Source of the DNA: Epithemia pelagica
Taxonomy: Eukaryota > Protista > Bacillariophyta
Direction of reading: 5' to 3'
Length of the DNA stretch: 64,000 nt
Assembly (NCBI GenBank): GCA_946965045.2
Contig: OX337235.1
Coordinates: 2,666,001-2,730,000, forward strand
In this document: in pieces, positions 33,727-47,331 of the stretch
How positions within the stretch are numbered: the first letter of the stretch is position 1
Layout of the letters: each line of letters opens with the position of its first letter
Notes under the pieces: model-generated
The model's input: only the letters and a program-made list of their open reading frames with translations
Database searches by the model: none
What the model was told of the DNA's origin: nothing
Program-made: the position numbers and the translations under genes

Positions 33727-36700
33727 TTAGCCTCCAGAACCCAACCACTCCTGGAAAGATGCAAAGGGAACTGGACGGAAGTCCCAACTGAAATTTCATT
33801 CATCTATTCGCCTTTCTTCTTTCTAAAGATAACGCGTTAGCGACACTAAGCAGCGAACAATAATGAAAATTAACAGCATTCGCGGTTCTCCAATGGCCAA
33901 TTGTATTGTATGAGTTAGGAATCCCAGCACTGTTTCATCGAGAAGGTGGTTGGACGGACTGTCGGCTCGTGCCCTGCATGATGTATAAAGTATTTCATCC
34001 AAACCAAGGAATCTTGTATGCTGAGATTGAGCTGGCTGCCTCCCAATATGATACATTGACTCCTAACTAGCAGTGGAATATGATACATCCATCCCGACAA
34101 CACGAAAGTGGGCAGGAATGCTCGCCAGTGTACTCCATGAACCCAAAATCTTGGTTTCGTATCGAAATATTAACGAAAGCGCGATTGATAAAGGGTAACC
34201 GTTGGCATCAAGGTACGTTTGTCGATGAAAAATGGCGTTTAAGACGACAGACTTGTTGGTCTCAGGCCCAATACGTCGTGTCTCCTAAAATCAGTTGTGA
34301 AGTTCACACGATGTTATAAGAAGCAAATGCTCGCCTAAGATGAGATTGGCGATGTTCCTCTAATTGATATGGCAGCAAGAGAACTTAGATGAGGTTGGTG
34401 ATGAACCTCAAATTGCTATGGTAAGTAGCAAAATACCTAGGGCATCACGAAGAGAAACGACCTGTATTGGTTTTGCACGAAAGGCAGGTTTTTGCTGACT
34501 TTAGCTGCTGCTATCCCTCCTGGTGGTTCATTTCGCTGGGCTCTGGTTCCTTCTACTGAACTAGAAGAACAGGATGCAGGTTTGTTCCGTGACCCTGTCA
34601 GGTATGCAGAGAAAACTAATTTTCTTTTTGCAATAGGCCGTGGTTGTGGACAATTATTTCCACGACAGTGAGAGGTACTCATATTATTCATTGTACAACG
34701 ATTGTCTATGATGGACAAGATAGGTTGCCACATAGTAAATCGAACCTCAACTCAAAACTCGATTGCAGAAATAGACAGACACAGCCCTTGCAGTCACTCC
34801 GGAGGTGTGAGCTTTTGCTGCCTCTGATTGATTGATGCTTCCTTCCGAAAATAAGAAAGGCTTTCAAGTTTCAGTGGAATAAGTAGGGATCTAATAACAT
34901 AAAATCGAGAGAAGCATACATATTCATGCAGGAAAAGCTCGATGACTGCGCTTCTTCGTATCAAAGCTTACCAACCTTAATTATTTTCTCTAGTCCTATG
35001 TAGAAAGTCGTCTCAACGGACAAAAGGCGCTGCGAAACGGTGAGAGAGCTAGTTGTTAGTGGTAAATTTGATTCGTAAGGAAAGAGTTCTAGGCCTTAGC
35101 GACCACCCTATCTCCTACTCCTGTCTTTGCTCACAGCTTATACCGTCGTCCCAAGAGGAATCAACAACCCACGAGGCAAAGCCCAAATCATCGAAACCAA
35201 ACTGATTGAAGATGAAGGCCCCGTGTTAAGTGGTGGTGGTGTGGCCAGGAAGCACGCGGCAACTGTGGTGGAGGCCATTGATGCAGACACTTACCCTGCG
35301 AGTGTCTTACCAAGAAAAAAACAAAAGAGAAGAAATCAAGAAAGAGGGATTCAAACGCATCCAAATCCTGATGACACTCCAACCACCGAATGGTTGGCAG
35401 GTAGGTAGGATCGAACGAATGCTGGGGATGAACCAACGACAAATTAAAACTCTCCAGTCCCAAACACGAAGAGCCAGTGTAACTGTACCGACCAGGTGGA
35501 GTGCTGTTCACCGCAGCAATCAATGCCATTGCTAGAAACAGTTTCACTGCATGTGCACCATTTGAGACAGACAGAAAGGAGTTTCCCAGCGAATTGAGGC
35601 AGTGTCACCAAGCCATCACAGTGTTCGGAGGAGCCAAAACCTTCAGCGTGTGGATTGGTTGGTACCCATCAATGAAAAGGGCTGGTAAGACGACCGAGGC
35701 AGCAAGCTACTATTATGTACCAGAATAGCTCCGACTGCTCAGTCGACAACATTGGGGTCAAAGGCATCAAAACAGGGAGGAACAGGATCCATGTTAACAA
35801 CATGGAATTCTCACCCGTCTCGCTTGCCGGGAACCCAATGCTCACAACGGAAGCATTTACGCGACCTATCCTAGATCGATAACTTGTACGCGTATTATCC
35901 CTTTTCCCCCTGTTTCGATGAGTCGCCGTCCACCTCGTCTACCTGGACCGTACAAGAGTTTTCAACAGGCTTCCTCTTCGCTGTACCTCTCACCTGACAG
36001 CGCCATTCAATTGACTTTTCCTGAGTTCTGCCTGTTGCCAAGATGGTCCGTCGTCGACGCATAGCCGGCGACGACGAAGGAGAAGCGGAAGAGGCGGAAA
36101 ATCCTCAAGAAGCGGAGGTCCGGAAAGTACTGGATCAACTCAACACCCCGATGCCGAGACATCGAAGTATGGATGTGTGGGAGAATGTGTGCTCCATTAT
36201 TTGCCAGACATCTCAACTACAAATGACGATAATGATCAGGGCACAGAGACAAAAGGAGCGAGAGCATCATCGATGCGATCCCACCCATGTCTTATCAAGA
36301 ACGAAGCCGATTGGGAACTCCAAGATTCAGTCTCCCAAGGACACACCACCAGTGTTCATAGTGAATGACAACGAACTTGAGGAGCTCCATATCGTTAAAG
36401 CGCTGATCTCCAACGGCGACCGAGTGTGAGTGGAATTAGATTACCTAGTCCGTCAAAACAAGACGCGCAAGCCCGCGCATTAGAGAGCGGGAAGTAGAAA
36501 CTCCCCAGTCCTAGGATAGAAAGAACCTTAACTAACAACCTCCACACTCTTTGCTATTTATCCAATCTGAAGAATTGTTGTTCTCATGAAAGCCTCTGGC
36601 CATCCCGTCATTCGATACCAGCTTTGTTACCACGATTCATGGTCACCTCTCTCATGTTCAACGGGCCAAGCTTCCCCAATGCTTGCTGGTTGACTTTATT

Positions 36701-36953
36701 TGTGAAAACTTCTCCAACGAGAGGATATAGTGAGACTGACGAATAAGTGGAACCAGACATATATATATGTTGCATATCAGAGAACTTTTTTACTAAGTAT
36801 TCTTCTCTATTGCTAACTCCTCTTTCGCTTACTCTCTCGATCACTGCTGTATGTGTGTACTCCTCTGGTGTTATTCCGTACAATATAGATAGGCGTATCG
36901 CGATGTACCTACCCTCTTTGGTCGGCATGAAGACTTCCTTTCCTTGTTGCGAA

Positions 36954-37615
36954 TATAGTATTGCGAAACAAATAAACTTTTCGAACTGTGGCAGCAAGTG
37001 GATTTTCTACCCTTGTTCACTTTTGGGGGAATTTCGACAAGGTGTGCCGCAATTCCACGACGAGCACTGGTCCATCCATCCATATGGGTCATCAGAACTA
37101 TATACCTCCTACTACTCTAGTGAATTATAGAAGAACTTTTCAAACTATTTTTCCACGTTCCACGTGCTTTGATCACTCTCAGCTAAAGTTCTCAAGATCC
37201 GGAACTTGATGACACGATTCAGACCTCAGAGTTCATCTGATATACCTGAGGAAGACGAGTGGGTATTGAAAGCTCCAGAGATCCCATCTGTATAGTATTG
37301 CGAAACAAATAAACTTTTCGAACTGTGGCAGCAAGTGGATTTTCTACCCTTGTTCACTTTTGGGGGAATTTCGACAAGGTGTGCCGCAATTCCACGACGA
37401 GCACTGCATCCATCCATATGGGTCATCAGAACTATATACCTCCTACTACTCTAGTGAATTATAGAAGAACTTTTCAAACACGTTCCACGTGCTTTGATCA
37501 CTCTCAGCTAAAGTTCTCAAGATCCGGAACTTGATGACACGATTCAGACCTCAGAGTTCATCTGATATACCTGAGGAAGACGAGTGGGTATTGAAAGCTC
37601 CAGAGATCCCATCTG
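36954..37615. repeat. Tandem duplication (about 330 bp x2) of the last codons and 3-prime flank of the GET2-like gene
   Basis: Units 36954-37290 and 37291-37615 differ by two small indels; TATA microhomology at the junctions. Confidence 0.9.
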
Positions 37616-38969
37616 TATAATTTTCGGGATTCTGGAAAGAGTGATGCCAAGCCATGCCAACAAAAAGACCACAGAGGATGACGTACATGTCGGACCGAAG
37701 GTGTGTCCAGGCATCATAGATTGTAACTGCAGTTGGGAAAGATTTTGTCACAAACGATGTCACAAAATTCTTCACCATACCTACCACGTCTTTGTCGTTC
37801 TTGTCATCCTGCTCAATTTCAGGCAAACCCGCGCCCAAAATCAACTTCCCTAGAGCTTGACGAATAGCCAACGCCAGCAGAAACAGCATAGGCGGTGATT
37901 CAGTCAATGCCTTCACGGTCAGTTGAAGACGTTCCAAAAGACTTAACGGTAGATAGTAGAAGAGTGATAGATTGGCACGATGACACGCGACGGCGAAACG
38001 TCCAGCCATCATAAACAAGCCAGGACCCTGGGTGTATTTGTCCAAATCAACTTGAAACAGGGGGTCTAGATTTTCCTGTGTTCGCCCCTGTGTCGTGTCT
38101 TGTTCCTCGAATTCGTTTTCTACATCGCTGTCACCATACCCAGTGTTGTAGTCCATCACCTTTTTAACTGACAATGGAACTGTTTCCGTGACCGTGCTAC
38201 CAATTAAGCTTTCATATCGACGGCGCGGCACAATATCTGTGTGGACTACCAACCCCATTGAGCTGTATTCAATCCGGCTCTGTTGAAGACCAATGTCAAG
38301 CCCAGCCAAGAACAACAGGATGACCGTTAGCACATGCATTGCAATAGGAAGCAGGGAAACCTTTCGAATCACTTTTGAAGACGGAGCTGACGAAACGGGT
38401 GCACTTTGAGATTGAGTGGTATGTGAGGCCACGTTCGTAGCTTCGGCTTCTTCCTTTGCCTGGCGTTCTTTGATCATTTTTCGACGCATTTTGGCCACAC
38501 CCATATACTTCTTTTTCTGGGATCCATCTTCTTCAACTGGGATTTCCTCAGCATGGCTGACCGCAGTAACGGTGGAAGGTTCCGTGATTGATTTTGGAGA
38601 CGCCGAGTCCAATCCTGAATCCTGCTTAGTTTCCTCGTGGTCTTCTTTTTCTTTGGGTGCCTCATCATTTATCGATGGTTCACGTGCGGTCACATCAGGG
38701 ACACTTTCATCTTTTTTCGCAGAAGGAGCCTTTTTTTTGAATCGACGGCGGCGCATTGCAGCAAGCTTGTCTGACTTTGAAACTTCCGGTTCGGCTTCGT
38801 TTGCTGGTGTCCCGGACACCTCTTCGTCGCGTGCCGTCGTGGCGCCGGTCACCATATCCATCCTGTTGCCTGCTTTTTCCAGGATCTTTTGGCGTCGGAC
38901 TTCAGCCTCCGCGCGGGCTTTCTCTTCGAGAGAAGGTTCAATAGGCTCATTTCCGTCTTCGTCCAGCAT
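37551..38969 (-). CDS. GET2/CAML-like ER membrane protein (472 aa)
   Basis: N-terminal AEVRRQKILEKAGNRMDMVTG resembles the basic Get3-binding motif of CAML/Get2; hydrophobic helices in the C-half; ends SDEL. Confidence 0.65.
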   Translation of the reverse strand: MLDEDGNEPIEPSLEEKARAEAEVRRQKILEKAGNRMDMVTGATTARDEEVSGTPANEAEPEVSKSDKLAAMRRRRFKKKAPSAKKDESVPDVTAREPSINDEAPKEKEDHEETKQDSGLDSASPKSITEPSTVTAVSHAEEIPVEEDGSQKKKYMGVAKMRRKMIKERQAKEEAEATNVASHTTQSQSAPVSSAPSSKVIRKVSLLPIAMHVLTVILLFLAGLDIGLQQSRIEYSSMGLVVHTDIVPRRRYESLIGSTVTETVPLSVKKVMDYNTGYGDSDVENEFEEQDTTQGRTQENLDPLFQVDLDKYTQGPGLFMMAGRFAVACHRANLSLFYYLPLSLLERLQLTVKALTESPPMLFLLALAIRQALGKLILGAGLPEIEQDDKNDKDVVGMVKNFVTSFVTKSFPTAVTIYDAWTHLRSDMYVILCGLFVGMAWHHSFQNPENYTDGISGAFNTHSSSSGISDEL

Positions 38970-39273
38970 ACTGTCGGCGTCTTATCTGTATGCAAAACGA
39001 TGACTTGAGGATCTTTGTTTTTATGCGTGTGTATGTTCAGCAGCGAGAAAAGGGGGTGAGAGAAAGAGAGGGGCCCCCGTTCAAATCTCTCGCTTCCGCG
39101 ACATTGCCAATTCCGCCATCGAACTGTTGGCCCTAAGCGAACAGAGATCATCCCATATGACAGGACAAACAATATCAAGTCATTTTTCGTATAAAAGGTA
39201 GTGAAGAGAGAACGCCACGGCGATTCCTTGAGTTGTGGCATCTGGTTTTCCACCAAAAGATCGCATGGGATAG

Positions 39274-42200
39274 ATGTCGCAATCACCACCCGAACCTGAG
39301 TGTGGACCAAGCACAACTGATGCAAACTGGACAGGTCCTTCCTTGGAACCCTATGTCACGCGCTTGGAGAGGTTTGAGTTGTTTAGTACCAATCAGTGCT
39401 TTTACATAGTCGGTTCTAACAAGTTAAACACGGCTTATCGGATCATCAAAATAGATCGGACTCTAATTGAACGACCCAGCGTTGTTGGCGCAACTCCAAC
39501 AAATCAACATCAGACAATACAACCCAGTTCATCGCAGCAAATGCACGCAACAACACCGTCCATCTCAGCTAGCCGATCTTTTGGCGCGGCGAGCTCTTTT
39601 TCTCCCCGTCGCGCATTTAATACTGCGAACGTGACCATCGGCGACTTTGCCCCAACTCCGAGTGTTGTTGGTGTCTCTTCTTCCGGTTCTGAACTCCCGA
39701 CGGTGCAACAAAGCAATAGCACAGTTTCTAACTCAAACACACCGTCGACACCGGCACCTCCCTCAGGACAAAACAACAATGTCGCGGCCGACGGTCAACA
39801 TACAGCAAATCCCAAATCCCGACCTCTTTCTGATTTTGTTTCGGAAGATCCAAATGTGTACACACAAGAAGAAATCAAAGATGTTCTGGACATGATTCAT
39901 GACGGTACGTACATCTCATCTCTCGTCTTCTTTGGAAGCCTCTCCTGTCCAGATGATTCTGATTTTTCTCCTTTCTCGCTGAGCTTTAAGGGAATCGCAT
40001 GACACGGTCTACCCGTGGAGGCTACTCCAATCAGAACACGCGTCATGGCTCTGGTGGTGGCCTGAAACCTATTGTCAAAGCGTACGGAATTGTAGGCTTT
40101 ATCCGGTTCTTGGACTCTTACTACTTGACTCTCATAACTAAACGAGCAAAGGTCGGTAGCATCGGTGGGAATGGTATATATACCATTAAGAATACCGAAA
40201 CCATTCCACTCAAACCAGCTGAAAGACAGTCAGAGATGGAAGATTTGGATCCGTCCTCCGTCCTCTTATCCATGTGGAATAGAGGGAAACGTAGTGTTGG
40301 CTTGGGACTGAGTAACCGGGAGATTGCGGAACTAAGATACCAAGGCATTTATCAGGTTCTCGACTTGTCCAAATCGTTTTTCTTCTCATACACATATGGT
40401 TCGTGAGCAGTTATGAAGATAATGATACCGCGTTCTCTGGACAATTTCTCACCTCACCTCGTTTCCTTGTTAATTGTCCTCAGATCTTACTCGAACATTG
40501 CAAGAAAACTTTCTCACTACAACAAGTCGCCCTTTTCCACCACCACCATTCAAAGATACATTCGCCTGGAATTACTTTCTGACGAGAGAATTTGAGGGCT
40601 GCCTGAACTCAGACAGTAGTTATCAATGGGTTTTGCCGATTGTTCATGGTGCTTTTGTTCAAAGAAAGATACATGACTATGGAAGAAGCCTTGATCTGAT
40701 GCTGATTGCTCGTAGGTCACGCCACTTTGCTGGGACCAGGTACTTGAAAAGGGGTGTAAGCGATCAGGGAAAGGTAGCCAACGATGTGGAGCATGAACAG
40801 ATTTTAGAAGACACTGAATCTTCTACTGGAAATGGGGCACAACCAGGTGCCTCGAGCTTTTGTTCTTTCATTCAAGTCCGCGGTTCTATTCCTACTTTCT
40901 GGACACAAGAGTCGTCCGTCACAATGCCTAAGCCTCCGATTGAACTGAATCGTGTAGACCCGACGTACAAAGCCACCCAACTGCATTTCGAAGATCTCTT
41001 CCAGCGATACGCCACTCCGGTACTGGTGTTGGATCTCGTTAAACAAAGTGAAAAGCGTGCACGAGAAGTGTTGGTCGGTAATGAATATCGGCACGCGGTT
41101 GATTACATCAACGATACTATTGACAACAAGAAACACCAAATTCTTTATTGCTCATTTGATTATTCTCATACGAGCAAACACCGACAGCTTGACGTGAGTT
41201 CATCATTGAGTGAAGTTTCGACGTGGGCTGTTAACAGAACAGGTTTTTTTTGTTCAAACCCCAAATGGAAGATGAAGCCCGGCGGTACCGTAGAACCGTT
41301 TACACATGAGGATCGTCTCTTGGCCCAACTGCTGAGTGAGAAACTTGGTATTCCTGTGTTTCCTATGGAGCAGTCAGGTGTACTTCGAACGAATTGCATC
41401 GAGTAAGTACCCGTTTGCGTGGTTCTTGTATTACAGAGGTGGGTAGTGTTGGACGTTCCTTGTTATTGTTCTGACCTTCTTTCAGTTGCCTTGATCGGAC
41501 AAATGTGGCACAGTTTAGTGCCGGGGTGGAAGCCATCAGCCAGCAGCTTGTTGTGATGGGTATTCGATCTCAAAGCAAATTGGATCCGTCTTCAAACATC
41601 GTTCGAGTCTTGATTGATATGTATGTTGACATTGGTGATAGTATTGCGCTTCAATATGGAGGGTCTGAAGCTCACAAGAAAGTCACTGCGGGCCACGCCG
41701 AATCCAACATTATGCCCATTGGGAAGGTACGTTTAATTGTGGTTTTAGGTTATATTATCTTTCGTATCCTCCTCTGTACTTACGCTCTGTACAACACAGC
41801 ATAAAGAGTTACTTACATCTATTCGTCGATACTATAGCAATGCCTTCACCGATCGTCTAAAACAAGATGCCATGTAAGTTTGAGATTGAGTCCTTCTTGT
41901 TGTAAACAATTAAGTCTCAAAATTTGGCAGAAACCTTTTCCTTGGATATTATGTTCCGTACCGACATACGGAGCCGTTGTGGGAAATGGAGAACGACTAC
42001 TATCTACACAACTTTCATGTGAAAGAGGGGAGGGGGGTAAACTTTTCGATGGATTTTTACAGATATGCGTTCGGTATACAGTGTGCAGACGATGGAAGTG
42101 AAGTTATTGGAAGGCCCCAACGAGCGTCCCGAACCAGTTCTGTGTCACAGATTGCGGCTGCTGAATCTCAGCGCGTTAAAAACGTTCGAAAGCGAGTCGC

Positions 42201-43737
42201 TGCGCAAAATGAGATGTTATCAATTTGGTGGAAACGGGCCCTTCATTCCAATCTACATCAGCGAATCTGGATGAAAAACAGTAGTGCATTATCGGATGGC
42301 GCCGCACTTGCCTCCGACGTGGAAGGGTCCCTTCTGCCATCAAGGTATGAACGTCTGTACCAACCTGAAAAGATGGCGTTGTTCGATAGATTCTTCGCTC
42401 GAGGATGGGCCACCCCGCTCCGAAGCTCTCACTCAGCACAGCACTCCGACACAAAAATAAATGAACCGGAAAGTGCTTCGAGTGGATCCTTAGCCCGTGT
42501 TATCACAGCTCAGAATTGCATGTCTTGTGTAATTGATACGCCTCCGCCAAATCAGAAAAGCATTAAGCGGGACGGCACTGCAACAAAGAAATTCCTTGAG
42601 GCCCATGGATTCGATTCATCATTTGAGTCATACTCAAAGCTTTTTGTTGATCCACACGATCGAATGACACGGAACATGCGCTCTAATCCTGAGTTCGTGG
42701 GCGATGTATCTAGCGAAATGAGTCGTGTTGTCCCGGACGAATACAGGCGATACTGCACGCCTTCAAGTGCTCTTTACACAAGTCCCCTATCGGACAACAA
42801 ACAGGCCAACGCGGAGTTCCGAATGAACTTGCGCGAGCTGTCTTTACATGCCGATGATGTGGAAGGGATACGAAAGGTCAGTCGGCACTAGTGACCAAGC
42901 TTCTTCATAACTCCATGCCGAACATATTCTCACTCTTGGTTTCAGTTGTCTGAATCAGCGCATCTGAGCCGGACTATCGTTTCAGGACCTTATAGAGGCT
43001 TGTCGAGCGATGAGTCTGCGATTGAGTTTGCAACTGCACTGCATGAACAATTCAGCCCCATGGAGAGGTCTTCTTCGAGGTCAGCAAAACAGATAAGCAC
43101 TGAACTGAAACGCAGGGGTTTTGACTCCGCGGGGGCGGCAGTCATGGACAGTGTAGATTCGCGGTTGCAGAGGTTTCAACTATCTGAACAACAGTTCGGT
43201 GAAATCTTGGATCACCCTGTCGGGGCATGCCGTAGAAGCGATCTGGTATGTATGTTCGTCAAACATGAATCACACGCTCGACCCAGTGTTAACGCTCTTT
43301 CTCTTTTCGGTCAGACAACGCCATCGTCTCTGAAACAGTATGTTTCTCTGTATGACCATTCAACAGTACTGTCTACACCCGATGTGATATTCCTATCTGG
43401 CCGGAAGATGAGGAGGTTAAAATCTCCAGTTCTTGTGCTGCCAGAAACACAAAGCGTCTCATTGGCGAAACGGGCTTCCCGCCTTGGAATTGATATCGGC
43501 TCCCGTCATGAGAGTAGCTTCAGTGATACGCCTTCAATATCTCCCGTACACCGACGAAGATCAATCCCGCCGTTTTTTGAACAGGTAAATGATGACATGT
43601 TCGCCAGGAAGGATAACAAGTTCATGGTGTTCAATGGGGCAGGAGCCGATTTATGGCACGGAAAAGAACCTATCACTCGCGTTTTGAAACCAGATGACTT
43701 CTTCTTCGTAGATTCGTCTATACCAAGTTGCAAATGA
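39274..43737 (+). CDS. FIG4: SAC-domain phosphoinositide 5-phosphatase FIG4/SAC3, multi-exon
   Basis: YGIVGFIRFL, FAWNYFL, RRSRHFAGTRYLKRG, VANDVEHEQI, QVRGSIP; catalytic NCIDCLDRTN is assembled across the intron near 41403-41485. Confidence 0.9.
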
Positions 43738-43928
43738 CCTTCCTGGCAGGTTTTTTCGCACATGTACATTTACTTATAAATTCAAGGCTGTCGGAATTCC
43801 ACCTTGGCATAGTTCTATTTTGATGTAAATGCGTTTAAAGGGATTTTTCATTTATCACTTGTTTGGGGATTCTAGTGTTTAACAAGGCGAAGTTATTGAC
43901 TTCGGTATGTACGTGAGAGGTCTGACGG

Positions 43929-46900
43929 CTAATTCCGTGGTGGCCTCCAGTGCTTCCACTGATAAACTGGATGTTCTCGTCCCATTGTTGTGGTCGCCGA
44001 GACCAGTATATTGTTGCTGATGTGAACTGATATGCCTCCAGCAACCCGAGCACCAAAAACAAGTTCATTAGTTTCCAATATCCACGCTCCAGGAATAAGC
44101 AACGTGATCGTATTAGTAGTGTCGTCAACAGGATCAACATCAGCGAAGACATCACTGAAATAACCTGGGTCATAGTAATCCTTCTTCGTTGGGTCGAATA
44201 AACCCATGTGAAGATCAACATCGTTGAGTCGAACATAAACATTGCCAGAGCGTGGACCAATTTCCGTGAAGCTAAAAGTTATTTTCAGTTCGATCACATT
44301 AGATGGGATGGTATACGAACGTGCCATTTCCGGCGTATAAGTGTCGAGAGCAAGTGAGGAGAGGTCACACAAATCTCTCATTGTAGAGTCATGCCCAGCA
44401 GTAAAACACGAGATCCTAGAGGCGTGCCCACTCCGTGTCTTAAACCAAACAGCTGCCAGTGTCCGAATATCAGGCTCTTGTTGCTGTGGCGACCGTATGC
44501 GAGCTTTATCTAGGCCAAATGATTGTTCAACATCGATACTGAACGTTTTCACATCATATGATCCAGATCCTCTAATACTCGTGATTTCGGCATTCACCCA
44601 CTTTCTAGATTGGTACAGGCCAGACCGGTTTATTTGAACCTGGACAAGGTCGCCGACTTCCCACCTTGAAGGAGTATGTTCGCTCTTCCCAAAGCACCTC
44701 TTCATCTCCAGAGCTGGAACCTGAGACAAGGAAGATCGAAGCAACAGAGCATGATTCCGCGGCATTGCTGCTGATTGATGACTGGCGGAGTCACGAGAAC
44801 GGTAAAAAATATCTCGAATAACCTTAGACCGTAGTTTGCAGAGAGTCATTGAGCCTCCGTTTGTGCAGTGGGCGTTGTCGGTCATGTTTCCCAGTCGCTT
44901 GCGGAAATGCAGCACCTCATCAACAATGAGATCTTTCGTCCTACGTATCACTGACGTATTCTTCATTTCCACATAGTCTTCATATGAATTTTTTTCGAAA
45001 AATCTCCGTGGTCCCTCTCGTTTCGTCAATGAAATCACATGCTTCACCACGGCATCACGAAAACAAGTGGGTAGGCCATCGTAAAGAAGGAAAAATTTTG
45101 ATTGTTCTCGGGCAGCAGACCTCCACACCAGATTTCCAGGTGAAAAATCGAGAAAGTGGTCATATGCATCGCCTTTGAATGACGCATTATCCACCAACAC
45201 GTCATTTACCCGTGGGGTCGGTAGGTTCATGCTGTAGTGCTGCGACAAGGAAGGATCTTGTATTGAATGCGGGGGATGGGAGGCAATAGAACCAGATGCA
45301 ATTTCCGATGCCCAAACTGATTGGTCAACTTGAGCTCGCATGAGCTTCGTCAGCGTGTACAGAGCTAATGACGCAACAAGTAATCGGGAAAATGTCCCGA
45401 GTATTCGGGGTGTGTCGATAACGGCAACTAGGCTCATGTACATTGCCAACCCTCCAACAAATAATGTGAGACACACTGTACTTAGGCGCACCAGAAGACG
45501 AATTAAATGGTACTCGACGTCATTATACGGTCCATGTTTTGGGGGCGCTTTCACTTCCAACATCAATATCGCAGACAAGGTTCCCATCAATCCTTTTCTT
45601 TGAAGCTTCTGCTCCTTCAGGTCTTCTATGCGAAAACGGTATTGTCCAGGATTGGCTGCACGGAAAAGATCAAATCGAGAGGAAGACCATGACAACTTTG
45701 CGGGATAAGTCAGGCCAGTCCATCGCAGGAACGAAAATGACATGCGATTGTAAGGGTCAGCCAAATCTGAGAGGGAATGGCCCATTTGGTGCCATCGAAT
45801 GGCATACACTGAGTCCAGCGGAGGAAATCGAGAGTATTGACTCGGCTTATTGGCGTTGTCTGGTCGGCCCGCAAATGTTAAGATAAGAGCAACACGACTA
45901 GGTCCTTTGACGTGGGAAGTTCCACGGTGAATGGTGTTGCTATTGTAAAGAAGCCCACTACCCGCTTCCCATGTTCCCGTCGAAGGATCTACAACCTGAA
46001 AGCCGACCTGCTCGGTAGTGTTGTCATCCAAGTCAGTTCCAAAGCCATAACAGGAACTCGTGAAGTAGCATCGATGTGACCCAGGGCAAACGGCGGTCGG
46101 GCCCATTTCTGGTGTGGTGTCCTGTAGAGGAATCAGCAGAGTAAACAATTGAGAAAAAGTGTGTCGATTCATGGTTGCACTCAAGTGAAGAGGCGTATCT
46201 GCGTGAAAATATTGAGGCTCTCTGAACAATTAAGAAATGTAAAACAAGAGTAAGTCAGAAATTTGAGATTCTCTCTTTGTAACCAGTGCTGCTGCAACTA
46301 CATACGCTCCCTCTGCAACAGTAATGACCTGAAGTTCCATCAGCGATGGATCGGGTCCCAACAATGCTTCCAAAGTATCAATAAAGCGTCCATTACTCCC
46401 AATTTCCTTCAATGCTTTTGTCACACTCGGATGTTCGGTAGCAGACAAGGTGAAACTGATTCGGTTTTCATTGACAATAACACTGATATGGTCCGACTCA
46501 CGTAACTCCCTGTTTCGTCTTTGAATATACTTGCGAAGGCGTAAGGCCGTCTCAGAGAGCATAATATGTGGAAAGACTACAGCTCCATGTAGAAATGCTT
46601 TTTCTGTTGCATCCACAAATGTTTCATCAGGATGGAGGAAAAGAGGGTCAGGCTTCAATGTAGTAAGGTCGGATATTTCACATTCCATACGTGGGTATGT
46701 TTCCTCCCACTCTTGTCGTTCAGGTGTGAAAATCAGCGCTTTCATATAAGGGTGCAAATACGTTTCATGAATGTGTAGCAATTCTCTTGTCAGAAAAGTT
46801 AAAAACAAAAGAAGAACCACGGGAAGTTCGATCAACGCTATGCGAATGGTAAGATGTCCTCGAAACGCACTAGCAACAAGACCAAAATCGAGACCTAGCC

Positions 46901-46985
46901 GCGAATTTTGAACGCCAGTTTCACTGCGCAGATTTCGACTTGACACAGATACAATTTGCGACTTTCTCTTGTAGGATCTTGCCAT
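43929..46985 (-). CDS. Membrane-anchored PhyH-like 2OG-Fe(II) dioxygenase, multidomain (intron 46305-46222)
   Basis: EPQYFHADT, GPTAVCPGSH and NTIHRG PhyH motifs; N-terminal and internal TM segments; GT-AG intron in frame. Confidence 0.75.
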
Positions 46986-47331
46986 CTTCGTGGGTTATGA
47001 AAGTTGGAATCCATTTCCAGTTTTGGGTCGAAGACAAAAATGAGACACGAGGGAAAAAGTCATCGGTGACCTTATCACCTACTATAATACAATATCACAC
47101 ACATACGCCCCAGCTAGCACATTGTAGGGTGTATCGGTGTTGTCGGTAATGGGATTCCGGATGTCAGTTGTCGTTTGTCTTTACGTTTACTGTCATCATT
47201 CTCTATAGTTTCTCTACAGCAGACAGACCGTGGAATCGCTGTGGTGGCAGGTGGCAGTGGCATGTGAGAGTGAGGATTCTAAAACTCAAGCCTCAATCGA
47301 TACAATTATCACAGATAGAACGGCAACAAAG

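Noticed and set aside
35188-35547. 119-aa minus-strand ORF with a signal-peptide-like start
   Set aside because: Begins at GTG, has no recognisable domain and lies in a degenerate region.
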